This document shows, piece by piece, positions 21,196-37,043 of a stretch of DNA of 64,000 nucleotides. Under the pieces are notes generated by a model. It had not been told where the DNA came from. It worked only from the letters and a program-made list of their open reading frames with translations, and did no database searches. The stretch lies in the NCBI GenBank assembly GCA_963716725.1, contig CAVQUB010000032.1, positions 256,001 through 320,000 of the forward strand, in the 5' to 3' direction. Within the stretch, counting starts at the first letter, position 1. Each line of letters starts with the position of its first letter. Position numbers and translations under genes: made by a program. Origin of the DNA: an uncultured delta proteobacterium (GTDB taxonomy: Bacteria > Myxococcota_A > Polyangia > Polyangiales > Polyangiaceae).

Positions 21196-22084
21196 TCAGA
21201 CCGCGACGGCCTCGAGCTCGTCGAGCAACTCGCGGCTCGGCCGCGGCATCGCTCCGCGGTGGCTGGCGACGAAGCTCGCGTAGCGGTTGGCGCGGGCCAA
21301 GAGCTTGGGCAGGGGAGTGCCGCGGCACATCTCGACGGTCAAGGTTGCCGTGAAAGCATCGCCCGCCCCCACGGAGTCGCCGTTGGGCAGCGCTGCGTAG
21401 CCCGGGTGCCGCTCGTGAGATTGCCGCGTGTAGAGCTCGGCGCCCGCCTCCCCGTGAGTGAGGGCGACGACCGCGACGCCCCGGGCGAACAGCGCTGCCC
21501 GGGGATCGGAGGTGCCCAGGGCAGCGGCCACTCGGGTCGCTTCGTTGTCGTTCAGTTTGACGATGCTCGCGTGGTCCAGGGCGAGGCCGAGCGCGCGCTC
21601 CGTCACGTGGGGCGGGCGCAGGTTGAGATCCGCGACGCGAAGGCAGCGCGGTGGCAGGCGCCCGAGGGCCGCCAGGAGGGCTTCGGAGCCGAGCAAGCTG
21701 CGCTGCGCCAGGGTACCGAACACGAATGCATCGGCGTGGTCGAGCTCGCTTTCGAGGGCTGGGTCGAGCGCGATACGGTCCCACGCGGCCTGCGCACCGA
21801 TGGTGAAGCGAGGTTCTCCGTCCACCAGATCCACGTTCACGGTACCTGTCGGATGTTGGTCGTCGACACCGACGAAGCGCACGTCGACGCCATGCCGCGC
21901 GAGCTCGTCGCGTGCCCGTGAGCCGAGCGCGTCGCGCCCGACGCGGCTGACCAGAGATCGCGCGCGCACCCAGGGCTCGAGCGTGAAACGCGACGTTGGC
22001 GGCCGCCCCGCCCATGCGCGGGCCATCCGAGAATACGTCGAAGAGCAGCTCACCCCAAGCGACGATGCGCGGTCGCTGCTTCAC
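21196..22084 (-). CDS. PfkB family carbohydrate kinase (frameshift near 21955)
   Basis: WGELLFD...GGAAANVA in one frame; SRVGRD, DLNLR, KLNDNE and DSVGAGDAF in the next. Confidence 0.85.
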
Positions 22085-22170
22085 GAGCGCCAGCCTGGCA
22101 TTGGTCTCCGCGAGCTTCAATCGGGCGCTGTTTGCCCGACGCGATGGACCGTGCTTGGCTCCCGCGCCGG

Positions 22171-23409
22171 ATGAGGTCGTTCCCTGCCGCCCTGCTCGCT
22201 CTGCTCGCCGCGACGGGCTGCGGCGCGCCCGAGCCGCCCGGATCCACGGGCGGCACGACCGTCGCGCCAGGACCGTGTGGGCGTGGCATCGGCGTCGTTC
22301 AAACGGACTATCAGTCCACCAACGTGTCGCTGCTCGACTGGGAGGGCCACGTGCTCTCGTCTTCGTTCATCTCGAGCGCGACTGCCGGAGCCAAGCTGAG
22401 TGCCAAGCTTACGGGCGACGTAGCGCTGCCGACTGCGCTGGACGCTGGCAACACCCTGGTCCTGCTCGATCGGTATCCGGCTTCGGTGCTCACTTGGGTG
22501 ACGCTCGAGACCGCGGAGGTCACGGCGCAGCTCAGCGTTCGTTCGGGCTTCGACGCCAATCCTCACGACTATCTTGCCCTGTCGGCCCATCGGGCGCTCG
22601 TCACCAGGTTCAATCGCAATCCGGCGCCAGACGCGCTGCCGCTGGATCGCGGGGACGACGTCTTGGTGCTCGATCTCGACGGACCGACGGCGGTATCCAG
22701 TATCGATCTCTCACCGGCCATGGCCGGCGTCCCGGAGGGGTTCCGCGCGAACCCGCACCGCATGGTGCTGGCCGGCGATCGGGTCGTGGTCACGCTCCTG
22801 GGCAAGACGGCGGACCACAGCGATGCCGTCGCTTCGCGCCTAGCGGTCCTCAATGCGGCCACCCTCGCCGTCGAGCAGGTGTTGGTGCTCGAGGGTCTCT
22901 TCGAGTGCAACGGGATCGCGGTTTCTCCGAACAGCGACCGGGTGGCGGTGTCCTGCTCCGGGCGCTTCGGCGGCGGTTCCGAGCCCAAGGTGAGCGAGTC
23001 GGCAATAGCGGTGGTGGCCATCGGCTCGACCGTGGAAGAGATCGCGCGAGTGCCGGCTTCGCCTGGCGCGCCCTTTGGGTTTGGTGTGGCGTGGGCAGCG
23101 TCGGACACCGTCATCGCCAACACCTTCGGCCGATTCTCGTCGAAGGGCGGGCCAGCCCGGACCGACACGGTCGTGGAGATTGAGCTCGGTGGCATGACCG
23201 CTCGCACGCTGCTCGAGTCGGCGGACGAGCCGTTCACGCTGGGCGACGTCCGCTGCGGCGCGGCCTGCTCGACGTGTTTCGCCAGCGACGCGGAGCGGGG
23301 GCTCGTGCACCGCTTCTCGGTCGATGCCAGCGGTCGAGTGGGCCCGCCGAGCCCCATCCAAGTGAACGATGCCATCGGCTTGCCGCCGCGAACCCTGGGT
23401 CAATTCTGA
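22171..23409 (+). CDS. Beta-propeller-like lipoprotein of unknown function
   Basis: Lipobox LAATGC; beta-rich blade-like segments (NPHDYL, NPHRMV, GIAVSP). Confidence 0.7.
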   Translation: MRSFPAALLALLAATGCGAPEPPGSTGGTTVAPGPCGRGIGVVQTDYQSTNVSLLDWEGHVLSSSFISSATAGAKLSAKLTGDVALPTALDAGNTLVLLDRYPASVLTWVTLETAEVTAQLSVRSGFDANPHDYLALSAHRALVTRFNRNPAPDALPLDRGDDVLVLDLDGPTAVSSIDLSPAMAGVPEGFRANPHRMVLAGDRVVVTLLGKTADHSDAVASRLAVLNAATLAVEQVLVLEGLFECNGIAVSPNSDRVAVSCSGRFGGGSEPKVSESAIAVVAIGSTVEEIARVPASPGAPFGFGVAWAASDTVIANTFGRFSSKGGPARTDTVVEIELGGMTARTLLESADEPFTLGDVRCGAACSTCFASDAERGLVHRFSVDASGRVGPPSPIQVNDAIGLPPRTLGQF

Positions 23410-23789
23410 TGCTCTTCGACGTTCTCGCCCTGATGCTGGGCATCTGGCTGACGATTCGGAAACTCGACGTCCGGCGGCGTGAGGCGAGCGATCATCCGGG
23501 CGTCGACGCCGGCGAGTTCGCCCGCTGGAAGGCGCTAGCGCTCGGGGCCTACAACCTGGGCAGCATCGGTTGCTTCGGGAAACTGGGTCTGGACTACCTG
23601 CTCCAGCTCGGGGGCCCGCGGGTCGGGGTGCCCTGGGCGGCGATCCGAGTGCTCGGCCTCGGGCTCTTCGTTGCCTGGATCGCGGTCTTGATCGCGACCT
23701 GGGTCCAGGCGAGCCGAGCCAAGAAAGTGCAGGAAAAGCTGGGCCTCCAGTTCCTGCCCCGGGCAGCTGCCGAGAGCGAAGAGCGCTGA
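23409..23789 (+). CDS. Small membrane protein
   Basis: ATG overlaps the upstream TGA; about three hydrophobic segments. Confidence 0.65.
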   Translation: MLFDVLALMLGIWLTIRKLDVRRREASDHPGVDAGEFARWKALALGAYNLGSIGCFGKLGLDYLLQLGGPRVGVPWAAIRVLGLGLFVAWIAVLIATWVQASRAKKVQEKLGLQFLPRAAAESEER

Positions 23790-23830
23790 GAGGAAGGACT
23801 TCCCGGGCGGTGGCGTAAAGAGGGGCGTCC

Positions 23831-24019
23831 ATGACTGAGCGCGAGCGCCTCTCCACCACGCTGGGCATCCTGCTGGCGGGTCTGCTGCAGGCAGAGGAAG
23901 ACGAGGCCGCGTCCGAGCGCCGCCCCCGCCTCCGCTGCGAGAGCGGCGTGTACCGGGTCGGTGAGGACGGACTCGGTCCCGAGGGCCCGGCCTTCGAGCC
24001 CGCCGGTCCTGAGTGCTGA
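23831..24019 (+). CDS. Small hypothetical protein
   Basis: 62-aa ORF with AGAGGGG RBS-like motif filling the gap before convergent kbl. Confidence 0.4.
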   Translation: MTERERLSTTLGILLAGLLQAEEDEAASERRPRLRCESGVYRVGEDGLGPEGPAFEPAGPEC

Positions 24020-24022
24020 AGT

Positions 24023-25208
<1,186 letters not shown>

Positions 25209-25222
25209 GCTGAGTCTCCCGT

Positions 25223-26407
25223 TCAGAATCGGAGCACGACCTTGGGGAAGGTCTTGATGCGCTCCTCGAAGGAGTTCATCTCGTACTTCTCGAAGTCGAC
25301 GATGGGACCGTCGCCCCGGTTGAGGATCACCTCGTAGACTAGGTCGTGAATGTTCGGGTCCCTAGACTCGAGCAGGTGGCGCGTGATGTGCCAGGTCTCC
25401 CAGATCCGGCGTCCGATCACGCTGTGAAGCGCGATGCCGTCGACGATCAGGCGGTCGAAGCTCTCGATCACCGCGTCGCCGCTCTTGAGGCCGAACAGGA
25501 TCACGTCGCCGCCGCGGCGGGCGCAGTGGATGGCGTTGTTCACGCTGGAGTTGAGCCCGCTCATCTCCAGGGTCACGTCGACGCCGACGCCATCGGTCAG
25601 TCGTCGCACCTCGGAGACCAGTTCCCGGTCGTGGGCGTAGTCGTTCGGTCCGGTATTGCCCGGCGACAGCACGTGGTCCGCTCCGAGTTTCTTGGCCATG
25701 GCGGCGTGCGCCGCCACCGGCTCGATGCCGATGATGGTCTGCGCGCCGAGGGCCCGGGCGATAGCCACCGCGAACAGCCCGATGGTGCCGCAGCCGACGA
25801 TGGCCACGCGCTTGCCGCGCAGGTTCACCTTGGTGCAGGCGTGGACCGCGTTGCCGAAGGGCTCCTGGATGGCCGCGACCTCCGGGCGGATCTTGTTGGT
25901 GTCCGTGCGCCAGATGACCTGCGCCGGCAGCTTCACGTACTCGGCGAAGGCTCCGTCGTAGCTGATGCCGATGATCAGGTCGTCGGCACAGACGTGCGCG
26001 TCTCCATTGCGGCACTGGTAGCAGACCCCACAGAAGATGTGGCTCTCGGCCGCTACCATGTCTCCGACCTCGAGGCCGAAGCTGCGCTTGGCGTCGCTGC
26101 CGACCGCGATGATTTCTCCGAACAGCTCGTGGCCGATCACACGCCGGTGTTTGGCGCGCCGGAGCTGTTTGCTCTCGTTGTCGAGGGAACCAACGATCAT
26201 GTCCTTGAAGGCGCGTCGGAACCAGATGCCGCGGTCGCTGCCGCAGAACCCGACGAACTTGGGCTTGATCAGCACCCGCGAGCGATCGTGGTAGTCGCTC
26301 TTCTCGTCCAGCGTCACCTTGGGGATATCGGCCAGCCGCAGGCCGCGGCTGTCGTCCCAGGGGTCGTTCTCTCGATCGTAGACCAGGGCACGCATCGACT
26401 CGGTCAT
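25223..26407 (-). CDS. tdh: L-threonine 3-dehydrogenase (Zn-MDR)
   Basis: [21 protein letters not shown]...[15 protein letters not shown]; directly upstream of kbl. Confidence 0.85.
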   Translation of the reverse strand: MTESMRALVYDRENDPWDDSRGLRLADIPKVTLDEKSDYHDRSRVLIKPKFVGFCGSDRGIWFRRAFKDMIVGSLDNESKQLRRAKHRRVIGHELFGEIIAVGSDAKRSFGLEVGDMVAAESHIFCGVCYQCRNGDAHVCADDLIIGISYDGAFAEYVKLPAQVIWRTDTNKIRPEVAAIQEPFGNAVHACTKVNLRGKRVAIVGCGTIGLFAVAIARALGAQTIIGIEPVAAHAAMAKKLGADHVLSPGNTGPNDYAHDRELVSEVRRLTDGVGVDVTLEMSGLNSSVNNAIHCARRGGDVILFGLKSGDAVIESFDRLIVDGIALHSVIGRRIWETWHITRHLLESRDPNIHDLVYEVILNRGDGPIVDFEKYEMNSFEERIKTFPKVVLRF

Positions 26408-26495
26408 GCGCGGCTTTCATACGACCGCGGCCGTCGGCGGTCGAGGGTCGAGGAGGATTTGTTTAGGGGGGGCCGTGCTGCGAGGGCCGCGCTCC

Positions 26496-26536
26496 AAAAT
26501 AGAAACCGCCGCGGCGCGTCAGCGACGGCCGCGGCG
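26496..26536 (-). terminator. Putative intrinsic terminator
   Basis: Stem CGCCGCGGC/GCCGCGGCG followed on the minus strand by GTTTCTATTTT, just after the lipoprotein stop. Confidence 0.5.
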
Positions 26537-26551
26537 TGAGGCGTAGCGGGA

Positions 26552-27166
26552 CTACTGCTTCTTGATGATGAAGGGGAACTTCAAGCGGCCGCCCGCGTCG
26601 GGCTTTGCCGGCGGCGCCGCGGCGTCGGGCACCTGGGGCGTTGCCGCGGCGTCGGGCACGGTCACGGCCGCGGCGTCGGGTACGGTCACGGCCGCCGCAT
26701 CCGCGACGGTGGCGACGACACCGGCGTCTTGGTTCTTCACCTTGTCGAGGTCGATCTTCAGCACCTTGTCGTCGAGGTTCTTGGTGACGACCCAACCGGG
26801 CGAGAGCTCGCCGACCCCGCTCGGCCAGTCCACGAGCATCCAGTTGCTGTAGCGAGCCTTGCGGTTGACCAGGGTGCCCTTCGAGAGCGTGGCGATGTGC
26901 GACGTGCTGTCGTCCGCCTCTTTGTAGACCTTCGCGTTCGGGAGCAGCACGGCCACGGTGCCGCTCTCGTCCTTCTCCTTGTCGCCGTAGCGCGTGACCT
27001 CGTCCTTCTTTGGCTCCGCCTTTGGCGGCTCGGCGCTGGCGGTGGGGGTGGGCGCCGGAGGAGGCGGAGCGGGCGGCGGGGGTTCCTCTTTCTTCTTGCA
27101 GGCGAAGAGCGCCCCGATGAGCAGGGCGGCCGAAGCCGTGATCGTCCACTTGTCGTGCATGCGCAT
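26552..27166 (-). CDS. Lipoprotein with SH3-like domain and Pro/Ala-rich linkers
   Basis: GGAGGAG RBS, lipobox ALFAC, VYKEAD...IATLSKGTLV...NWMLV...GWV, repeated AAVTVPDAA. Confidence 0.75.
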   Translation of the reverse strand: MRMHDKWTITASAALLIGALFACKKKEEPPPPAPPPPAPTPTASAEPPKAEPKKDEVTRYGDKEKDESGTVAVLLPNAKVYKEADDSTSHIATLSKGTLVNRKARYSNWMLVDWPSGVGELSPGWVVTKNLDDKVLKIDLDKVKNQDAGVVATVADAAAVTVPDAAAVTVPDAAATPQVPDAAAPPAKPDAGGRLKFPFIIKKQ

Positions 27167-27222
27167 CCGTTTCTCCTCCGTGAAGGGGGGACGGTAGCAA
27201 ACCCGCGCTCCGAGCGTCGAGT

Positions 27223-28539
27223 CTAGTTTTTCGGTGGCGGCGGCGTGGTCTCCGAGACCGGGGGCCGAGAAGCGAGGCATTTCTTGATGCCCTCGACGAG
27301 CGACTGCGGAGCCTCTTTTGGCAGCCGCGGCTGGCCCATGACGTTGACCAGTAGCCGATCCCAGGTGACGCCGCCGTCGGCCCCGAAGCTCATCCACACG
27401 AAGAGCGCGCGGCCCTTGATGTTGGCGAAGGGCACGCCGCCGCCCCGGCCGCCGAACCAAGCTCGCGAGTCGCTCGAATTGTTCCGGTTGTCGCCGAGCA
27501 CCCAGACCTCACCCGGTTGAACCGTGTAGGGGCCCTGCCGACCGTCGAAGCGGTCGTCCTCGAAGAGGGTCAAGTAGCTGTACTCGCCCAAGAACTCGAC
27601 GAACAGGTCGCCGCGCTTTGCGTTGGCCTCGTCGCCTTCGGAGAACTCATAGGCGCCCACGAAGCAACTCGGCACTCGCCAGCCGTTGAGGATCGGGTGT
27701 CCGGCCTCGACGCTGAGCACGTCGCCGGGCAACGCGATGGTGCGCTTGATGAAGTCTTGGCGTGCGTTCGCGGGGTTGGGATCCGGAAACTCGAACACCA
27801 TGACGTCTCCGTATTTGGGAGGCATCCGCGCCAGCACGCGGCTCTTGGTGAACGGGATCGTCGGCCCGTACGAGAACTTGTTGACGAAAATGTGGTCCTG
27901 TATCTGCAGCGTCGGCAGCATGGACCCGCTCGGGATCTTGAAGGCTTCGACCACGAACGCCCGGAGCAGCAGCGCCACACCCACGGCGACTCCGATGGAC
28001 TCGGCGTACTCCCGGAGTTCGCCTTTGCGCCAGCGACCCAGGTGGCGTTCGACCAGCTTCAGTGCCGTCTCGTGAGCGCGTTCGAATGCGTCGGGCTCGA
28101 ATTCTGGAACGTCCATGGCGGCTTTGAGGGCCTCGAGGCTCTCGTCGAGCTTGTCGCGCGCGCTCCGGGGCACGTTTCGTTCGATGGCCTTTGCGTTCTT
28201 CTCCCGGACTCGATCGACCTCGTCGAGCAGGTGCGCCGCGCGCTCGTAGCTGCGTCGCTGTTCTGCCGGCACGTCGCTGCGTCCGCCGAGGCCGACCTGG
28301 GTGGCGAAGGGCAGGTAGTACCGGAAGTGGTAGAGCAACATCTCGTAGAGGGTGAACAGCACGATGCCGGAGGGCACGGGCTGGTCCTGCACGATGAAGC
28401 GCAGCTTGCCGAACCCCGAGGCCGCGAGCTCGCCCGCTCCTGGCTTGAGCGCCCATACCGTCAGCGCGGCGAGGGCCAGGGGGACCAGGACGAACCAGAA
28501 GGCCCAGAACAGCGTGCGCGGGAGCTTGGGGGGTTGCAC
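27223..28539 (-). CDS. lepB: Signal peptidase I
   Basis: FKIPSGSMLPTL, DFIKR, GDNRNNSSDSR; extended N-terminus. Confidence 0.93.
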   Translation of the reverse strand: MQPPKLPRTLFWAFWFVLVPLALAALTVWALKPGAGELAASGFGKLRFIVQDQPVPSGIVLFTLYEMLLYHFRYYLPFATQVGLGGRSDVPAEQRRSYERAAHLLDEVDRVREKNAKAIERNVPRSARDKLDESLEALKAAMDVPEFEPDAFERAHETALKLVERHLGRWRKGELREYAESIGVAVGVALLLRAFVVEAFKIPSGSMLPTLQIQDHIFVNKFSYGPTIPFTKSRVLARMPPKYGDVMVFEFPDPNPANARQDFIKRTIALPGDVLSVEAGHPILNGWRVPSCFVGAYEFSEGDEANAKRGDLFVEFLGEYSYLTLFEDDRFDGRQGPYTVQPGEVWVLGDNRNNSSDSRAWFGGRGGGVPFANIKGRALFVWMSFGADGGVTWDRLLVNVMGQPRLPKEAPQSLVEGIKKCLASRPPVSETTPPPPKN

Positions 28540-28620
28540 TTTGGGGGCCGAGTCCGGACTTTCTAAATCACCGTGCGAGCATCGGCGACAACTTTCCGCA
28601 TGTGGCCGGACCCCGACCCC

Positions 28621-29697
28621 TCAGGGACGGTCCCCCGACTGGACCACGTAGTCGATCTTCGCCGCGCGATCGTCACCGACCTGGGCCGGCGGCGCCGTTC
28701 GTCCAACCTGGTTCGAGTGGTCGATGACGAGATAGTAGACGCCCTTGGGGGCCGGGACGAAGCGCTTCCAGATCTGCCCCATCGTCAGCGCTTCGTCGAG
28801 CAGCGGCTGCTGGGGCAGGCTCGCCGCGCCAGCGTTCTTCACGTACTGCTCGAGCATCTGGTCCCCCAAGAACTTGGGTACCAGGAAGGCATCGACGCCC
28901 GGCGCGCCGTCGATGCTGGCGGTGAAGTACAGCGCCTGATCGCTGTCCGTGAGTTCGAAGCCCCCGATGAAGTCCATCTGCCCGGTGTGGACTTCCGTGC
29001 GGTCGTTCACCAGCGTGACCTTGTCTTCGCTGTCCACGACGAAGGGCTTGAAGGGCCGTCGCCCCTTGGGCACGTAGCCCAAGGCGAAGTCGGTTTCGCC
29101 TTTGTCGTTGTACCGGATGACCGTGAAGCCGCGCTGCAATTGCCCGTCGACGATCTGCTTGCCAATCTGGTCGGGGTTCACGTTGAGCATCCCCATGCCG
29201 CCTCGCGCGACGCCGCTCTCGACCATCAAGGTGGTGAAGCTCGTCGAGTCGATCTTCCGCGGGCGGAAGTAGATGTACATCGACCCGTCGTCGTGGAGTT
29301 GAAAGTCCGGCGCGAACTCCGCGAGGCCGGCGGCAGTGAACCCGATGCGGCCCGTGAGGTTCGTCCAGCCGTAGCCCTTGCCCGTGTATTGAACGATGAT
29401 GCTCTTGCGCCGCTCGTCGTCCAAGACGGTCTGGCTGCAGGTGTCGGCGAAGAACCGGCCGACCACGGGCTGGTCGTCGGAGAGCTTGAGCGGGGCGCCG
29501 CGGTGAGTCATTTCGAAGCAGAAGCGGTCGAGGCCAAACTTGAGGATATCGAAGCGGAGCGACTTGTTCTTGGGGTTGTTGATCACCCCCGGGCCCAGCA
29601 CGGACATGGACGCCACGCCGAGGGTTTCTTTGCTTGGGCACCCGGAGGTGCCCAAGAGGGCGATTGCAACGAGAATCAAGAGCCAGGCGCGGCGCAT
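28621..29697 (-). CDS. Hypothetical lipoprotein
   Basis: Signal with GTSGC lipobox; typical coding composition; no family recognised. Confidence 0.75.
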   Translation of the reverse strand: MRRAWLLILVAIALLGTSGCPSKETLGVASMSVLGPGVINNPKNKSLRFDILKFGLDRFCFEMTHRGAPLKLSDDQPVVGRFFADTCSQTVLDDERRKSIIVQYTGKGYGWTNLTGRIGFTAAGLAEFAPDFQLHDDGSMYIYFRPRKIDSTSFTTLMVESGVARGGMGMLNVNPDQIGKQIVDGQLQRGFTVIRYNDKGETDFALGYVPKGRRPFKPFVVDSEDKVTLVNDRTEVHTGQMDFIGGFELTDSDQALYFTASIDGAPGVDAFLVPKFLGDQMLEQYVKNAGAASLPQQPLLDEALTMGQIWKRFVPAPKGVYYLVIDHSNQVGRTAPPAQVGDDRAAKIDYVVQSGDRP

Positions 29698-29726
29698 GGC
29701 GGGAGCATACTAGAATGGCGCACGTC

Positions 29727-30740
29727 ATGGCTAAGTCCAACCACGTCGCCGTCATCGGGGCCGGAGCCTGGGGCACCGCGCTCTCCCTGCTCGCTGCCCA
29801 GAAGGGCGAGCGCGTCACCCTGTGGACGTGGCAGCGCGAGCATTGTGACGCCATGATTCGGGATCGGGAGAACCGCGCCTTCTTCCCCGGATTCCCTTTG
29901 TCGCCAGGCGTCGAGGTCACCTCGGACCTCTCCGCGGCGCTCGGAGGCGCGAGCCTCGTCGTGCTCGTCGTTCCTTCGGACGCATTCCGAGACACGCTCT
30001 TGCGAATGCGAGGAGACCTGCCGCCGGACGTGCCGTTGGTCAGTGCGACCAAGGGGATCGAAAACGACAGCCTGATGCTGATGAGCGAGATCATCGTCGA
30101 CGTGCTCGGGCCCGCCGCTCGGGCCCGCTCGACCTTCCTATCCGGACCCAGCTTTGCGAAAGAGGTGGCCGAAGGCAGTCCGACGAACGTCGTGGTGGCG
30201 GGCTTCGATCACGATTTGTCGATTCGGGTTCAACAGCGCCTCGCGACGGATCGCTTTCGGGTCTATTCCAGCGATGACCCCGTCGGCGTCGAAGTCGGAG
30301 GCGCGCTCAAGAACGTCATCGCCATCGCGGCGGGTGCCTGCGACGGACTGGGTTTTGGGCACAACACGCGGGCCGCGCTGATCACGCGGGGTCTGGCCGA
30401 GATCGCGCGCATCGCCATCGCGAAGGGCGGAGACGTCCTGACGCTGGCCGGACTCGCCGGAATGGGCGATCTCGTGCTGACCTGCACCGGGGAACTGAGC
30501 CGGAACCGCACCGTCGGCTTCGAGATGGGTCGCGGCCGCGGCCTCGAGCAGGTGCTTGCCGGCCTCGGTCACGTGGCCGAAGGAGTCAAGACCGCCAAGA
30601 GTGCCTACCAACTCGGCCTGGCGCTCGACGTCGAGTTGCCCATCTGCAACGAGGTGTATCGGGTGCTCTACGAGGGCAAGGACCCGCTTTCGGCGGTGCG
30701 CGACGTGCTGACCCGGCCCCTCAAGCGCGAGTGGGGCTGA
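29727..30740 (+). CDS. gpsA: NAD(P)H-dependent glycerol-3-phosphate dehydrogenase
   Basis: [47 protein letters not shown]. Confidence 0.95.
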   Translation: MAKSNHVAVIGAGAWGTALSLLAAQKGERVTLWTWQREHCDAMIRDRENRAFFPGFPLSPGVEVTSDLSAALGGASLVVLVVPSDAFRDTLLRMRGDLPPDVPLVSATKGIENDSLMLMSEIIVDVLGPAARARSTFLSGPSFAKEVAEGSPTNVVVAGFDHDLSIRVQQRLATDRFRVYSSDDPVGVEVGGALKNVIAIAAGACDGLGFGHNTRAALITRGLAEIARIAIAKGGDVLTLAGLAGMGDLVLTCTGELSRNRTVGFEMGRGRGLEQVLAGLGHVAEGVKTAKSAYQLGLALDVELPICNEVYRVLYEGKDPLSAVRDVLTRPLKREWG

Positions 30741-30817
30741 ATGGACCTCGCCGCTCCCGCGTCGGAGACTTGACCCGGCAGCGTCCGTCGGATGACCTTC
30801 CACCCGTGAGTGCGCAG

Positions 30818-31999
30818 ATGAAGCTCGCAGCGTTCGCCGCCCTCCTGACCTCGGGGCTCCTCGCGTCGAGCGCCGGCGCGCAGTACCCGCAACAGCCGCC
30901 CGGCTACGGACAGCCGCCCGGCTACGGACAGCAGCCCGGCTACGGACAGCAGCCCGGCTACGGACAGCAGCCCGGCTACGGACAGCAGCCCGGCTACGGA
31001 CAGCAGCCCGGCTACGGACAGCCGCCCGGCTACGGACAGCCGCCCGGCTACGGACAGCCGCCCGGCTACGGACAGCCGGGCTACGGACAGCCGGGTCAGT
31101 CGCCCGGGCCGGCGCAGCGCTCGAACAAACGCTCCGACGTCGAGATCGGCCTGCTCTACACCACCGCCGCGCTGTACGGAGTCGGCACCGGCGCCTGGCT
31201 CTCGATGGAGCTCGGACTCGATGACCCTGGCATCTTCCTCATCCCGCCCGCGCTGCTCGGAGTAGCGGCCCCGGTGGGCGTGTACTTCTTGGACGATCCC
31301 GAGATGGATCGCGGGATGCCCGCGGCGATAGCCTCGGGCATGGTCATTGGCGCGGGCGAGGGCATCGGGATCTGGAGCTACCAGTTCGTGACCACCAACG
31401 AGGACGAGGCTTGGGGCTTCAAGGGTCTCACACGTGCGACCACCCTCGGAGCGACGCTGGGCGGCGTTGCAGGGTTTGCCACCGGGTACTACCTCGAGCC
31501 CTCACCGAAGAGTTCGCTGCTCACCTCGAGCGCGGTCGTCTGGGGAGCTGCCATCGGGACCATGTTTGGCTACGGAGGCTCCGACGGCGACGCCGAGTGG
31601 GGGACCGCCAACGACAGCGCATCGCTGGGGGGGCTCATTGGCTACAACCTCTTGCTGGCGGCTGGAGCGGCCGCCAGCGCCGTCTACATTCCGAGCTACG
31701 AACAGGTCGGGTGGATGTGGGCTGGCGCTGGCGTCGGCGTCGCGGCGTCGCTGCCTGTGTTCTTGTTCTACGCGGGCGACGACTCGCCGCCGGCCAAGCG
31801 AGGCTTCCTGTTCATGGGAACCGCGACAACTCTCGGTATCGCCGCTGGCGCCATCTTTGCGTCGGGTGAGCTCGACGAGTACGAAATCGGAAGGCGTGAC
31901 GACGCCCCGCTCGGCAACCGCTTTGCCAGCATCACCAGCGTGGGCCCGATGGCGATTCCCGGGGGCATGGGCGTGTCCGTGGGCGGTCTCCTGTACTGA
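30818..31999 (+). CDS. Exported/membrane protein with N-terminal Q(P/Q)PGYG repeats and multiple Gly-rich hydrophobic helices
   Basis: Signal peptide, ten hexapeptide repeats, then glycine-zipper-like segments. Confidence 0.8.
   Translation: MKLAAFAALLTSGLLASSAGAQYPQQPPGYGQPPGYGQQPGYGQQPGYGQQPGYGQQPGYGQQPGYGQPPGYGQPPGYGQPPGYGQPGYGQPGQSPGPAQRSNKRSDVEIGLLYTTAALYGVGTGAWLSMELGLDDPGIFLIPPALLGVAAPVGVYFLDDPEMDRGMPAAIASGMVIGAGEGIGIWSYQFVTTNEDEAWGFKGLTRATTLGATLGGVAGFATGYYLEPSPKSSLLTSSAVVWGAAIGTMFGYGGSDGDAEWGTANDSASLGGLIGYNLLLAAGAAASAVYIPSYEQVGWMWAGAGVGVAASLPVFLFYAGDDSPPAKRGFLFMGTATTLGIAAGAIFASGELDEYEIGRRDDAPLGNRFASITSVGPMAIPGGMGVSVGGLLY
30893..31087 (+). repeat. 18-bp coding tandem repeat CAGC(C/A)GCCCGGCTACGGA x10 plus a partial copy
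   Basis: Read directly; only one variable position among units. Confidence 0.95.
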
Positions 32000-32040
32000 C
32001 TGTGGTGCTGCCCGTCGGACTGGACTAGCATTTTCGGCAG

Positions 32041-33892
<1,852 letters not shown>

Positions 33893-33896
<4 letters not shown>

Positions 33897-35050
33897 GGTG
33901 GGTGTTGGCGCGATGGCTCGTCACGTCGTTGCTCCTGGCCGTGGTCACGCTGGCTGCGTGCCACCGCGAGCGCCCGCGCTCGCCGGCCCCGCCGGCCTCC
34001 ACGCTGGCGTCGGCGTCAGCCAGTGCGAAGCCGCCGCCGCCGCCGGAGCCGCCGATCGCCCCGCTCAGCAAGGACGGCAAGATCGAGGACGAGCGCAACA
34101 CCATCGACGTCTTCAGTCGCGCTGCCCCCAGCGTGGTCTTCGTGACCCAAAAGCAGGTGGTGGTGGACTGGCTTCAGGGCAAGGCGATGGAAGTGCCCTC
34201 GGGTGCCGGCACCGGATTTCTTTGGGACGACAAAGGCCATGTGGTCACGAACTATCACGTGGTCCGCGACGCCCGCGCGCTCACCGTGACGCTTCAGAAC
34301 CAGAAGTCGTACCGGGCCAAGATCGTGGGCAGCGAGCCCCGCAAAGACATCTCGGTGCTCAAGATCGAGGCGCCCGCCGATGTGCTTCGGGCGGTGACCT
34401 TGCCCCCGCACACCGACAAGCTCGAGGTCGGGCAGAAGGTCGTAGCCATCGGCAACCCCTTTGGTCTCGATCACACGCTGACGACCGGTGTCGTAAGTGC
34501 CCTCGGCCGCACCGTGGACGGAGCCGGCGGCGTCAGCATTCGGGACATGATCCAGACTGACGCCGCCATCAATCCGGGAAACTCGGGCGGGCCGCTGCTC
34601 GACAGCCGCGGCTTCTTGATCGGGATGAACACCATGATCTTCTCCAAGAGCGGCGCTTGGGCGGGGATCGGGTTTGCGGTGCCGGTGCAGACCATTCGTC
34701 GCATCGTACCGGAGCTGGTCAGCAAGGGTCGGGTGGATCAGGCCGGGTTCGGCATTCGCATCGACCCGATGCAGCGTCTGGAACGGCGCTACAGCATCGC
34801 GGGCGTAGTGGTGCTGGAGGTCCTGCCGGGCACGCCCGCCGAAAAATCGGGTCTCCGCGGCCTGGTCCAGAACGAGGAGGGGCTCACCTTGGGCGATGTG
34901 ATCGTCAACGTCGGCGAACATCGAGTCAAGAGCTACGACGACCTCTACAACGCGCTCGATGGCCGGAAGGCGGGCGACAAGGTTCGAGTGCGCATCGTCC
35001 GCGGCACCCAAGAGATCGACATCATGCTCGAGCTGACCCTCGTGCAGTGA
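33893..35050 (+). CDS. HtrA/HhoA-type serine protease with PDZ domain
   Basis: [33 protein letters not shown]-terminal PDZ; lipobox TLAAC. Confidence 0.92.
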
Positions 35051-35090
35051 TGCCCTTGACGCGCCACGAGCGCGGAGTTTCTTTCCCGAC

Positions 35091-36472
<1,382 letters not shown>

Positions 36473-36475
36473 AGA

Positions 36476-36689
36476 TCAGGCCTCGGCCTCGATCTCGGCC
36501 TCGGCCTCTTCGGGAAGCGGCTGCGGGCCGGGGATGATGCCCGCCAGATTCTGGATCCTCACCCGGAGCGAGGTTGGTCGGAGTCTCTTTATCCACCTTG
36601 CGCTGCTGGCGGCGCTCCTCCTTGTCGCGTTGGTGCTCCCGCCGCGCGAGCTCTTTCTGTCGTTTCTTGGCGCTGGGATTGCCTGCCAT
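36476..36689 (-). CDS. Small basic/acidic hypothetical protein (probable frameshift near 36550)
   Basis: GGAGG RBS; MAGNPSAKKRQKELARRE...GEDP continuing as LAGIIPGPQPLPEE in another frame. Confidence 0.6.
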
Positions 36690-36710
36690 ACCTGCCTCCG
36701 TCTCTCTGCA

Positions 36711-37043
36711 TCACTCGTCGCCGTCAGGCGCGGTTCGCGTGAGCCACGTCGACTTGGCGACCAAGTAGGCCCTCCGCGCGAGTGCCTCTCGATTGGGCTC
36801 GACGCGCCGCGCCGAGCTGCGCGCGCAACCACTCACGCGGGCGCGCGCTTCACTCATGGTGCCCGGCCAGCCGCCCGTGATCGAGCGTCCCTCGTTGCGG
36901 AACGCTGCGATCGCGTGCTCGGCCCAGGCCTTTCCGATCGCGTCGACCTCTCGGTCGAGCGCGTCGGGTAGCTTCGGATTGTCAAAGTCCGCGGACGGCG
37001 GCGCAGCATCTGCCGCGCCGCCGCGATCGCGGGGTTCGGTCAT
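36711..37043 (-). CDS. Hypothetical protein
   Basis: 110 aa, ATG overlapping the RRM gene stop; GGWPGTMSEAR motif. Confidence 0.65.
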   Translation of the reverse strand: MTEPRDRGGAADAAPPSADFDNPKLPDALDREVDAIGKAWAEHAIAAFRNEGRSITGGWPGTMSEARARVSGCARSSARRVEPNREALARRAYLVAKSTWLTRTAPDGDE

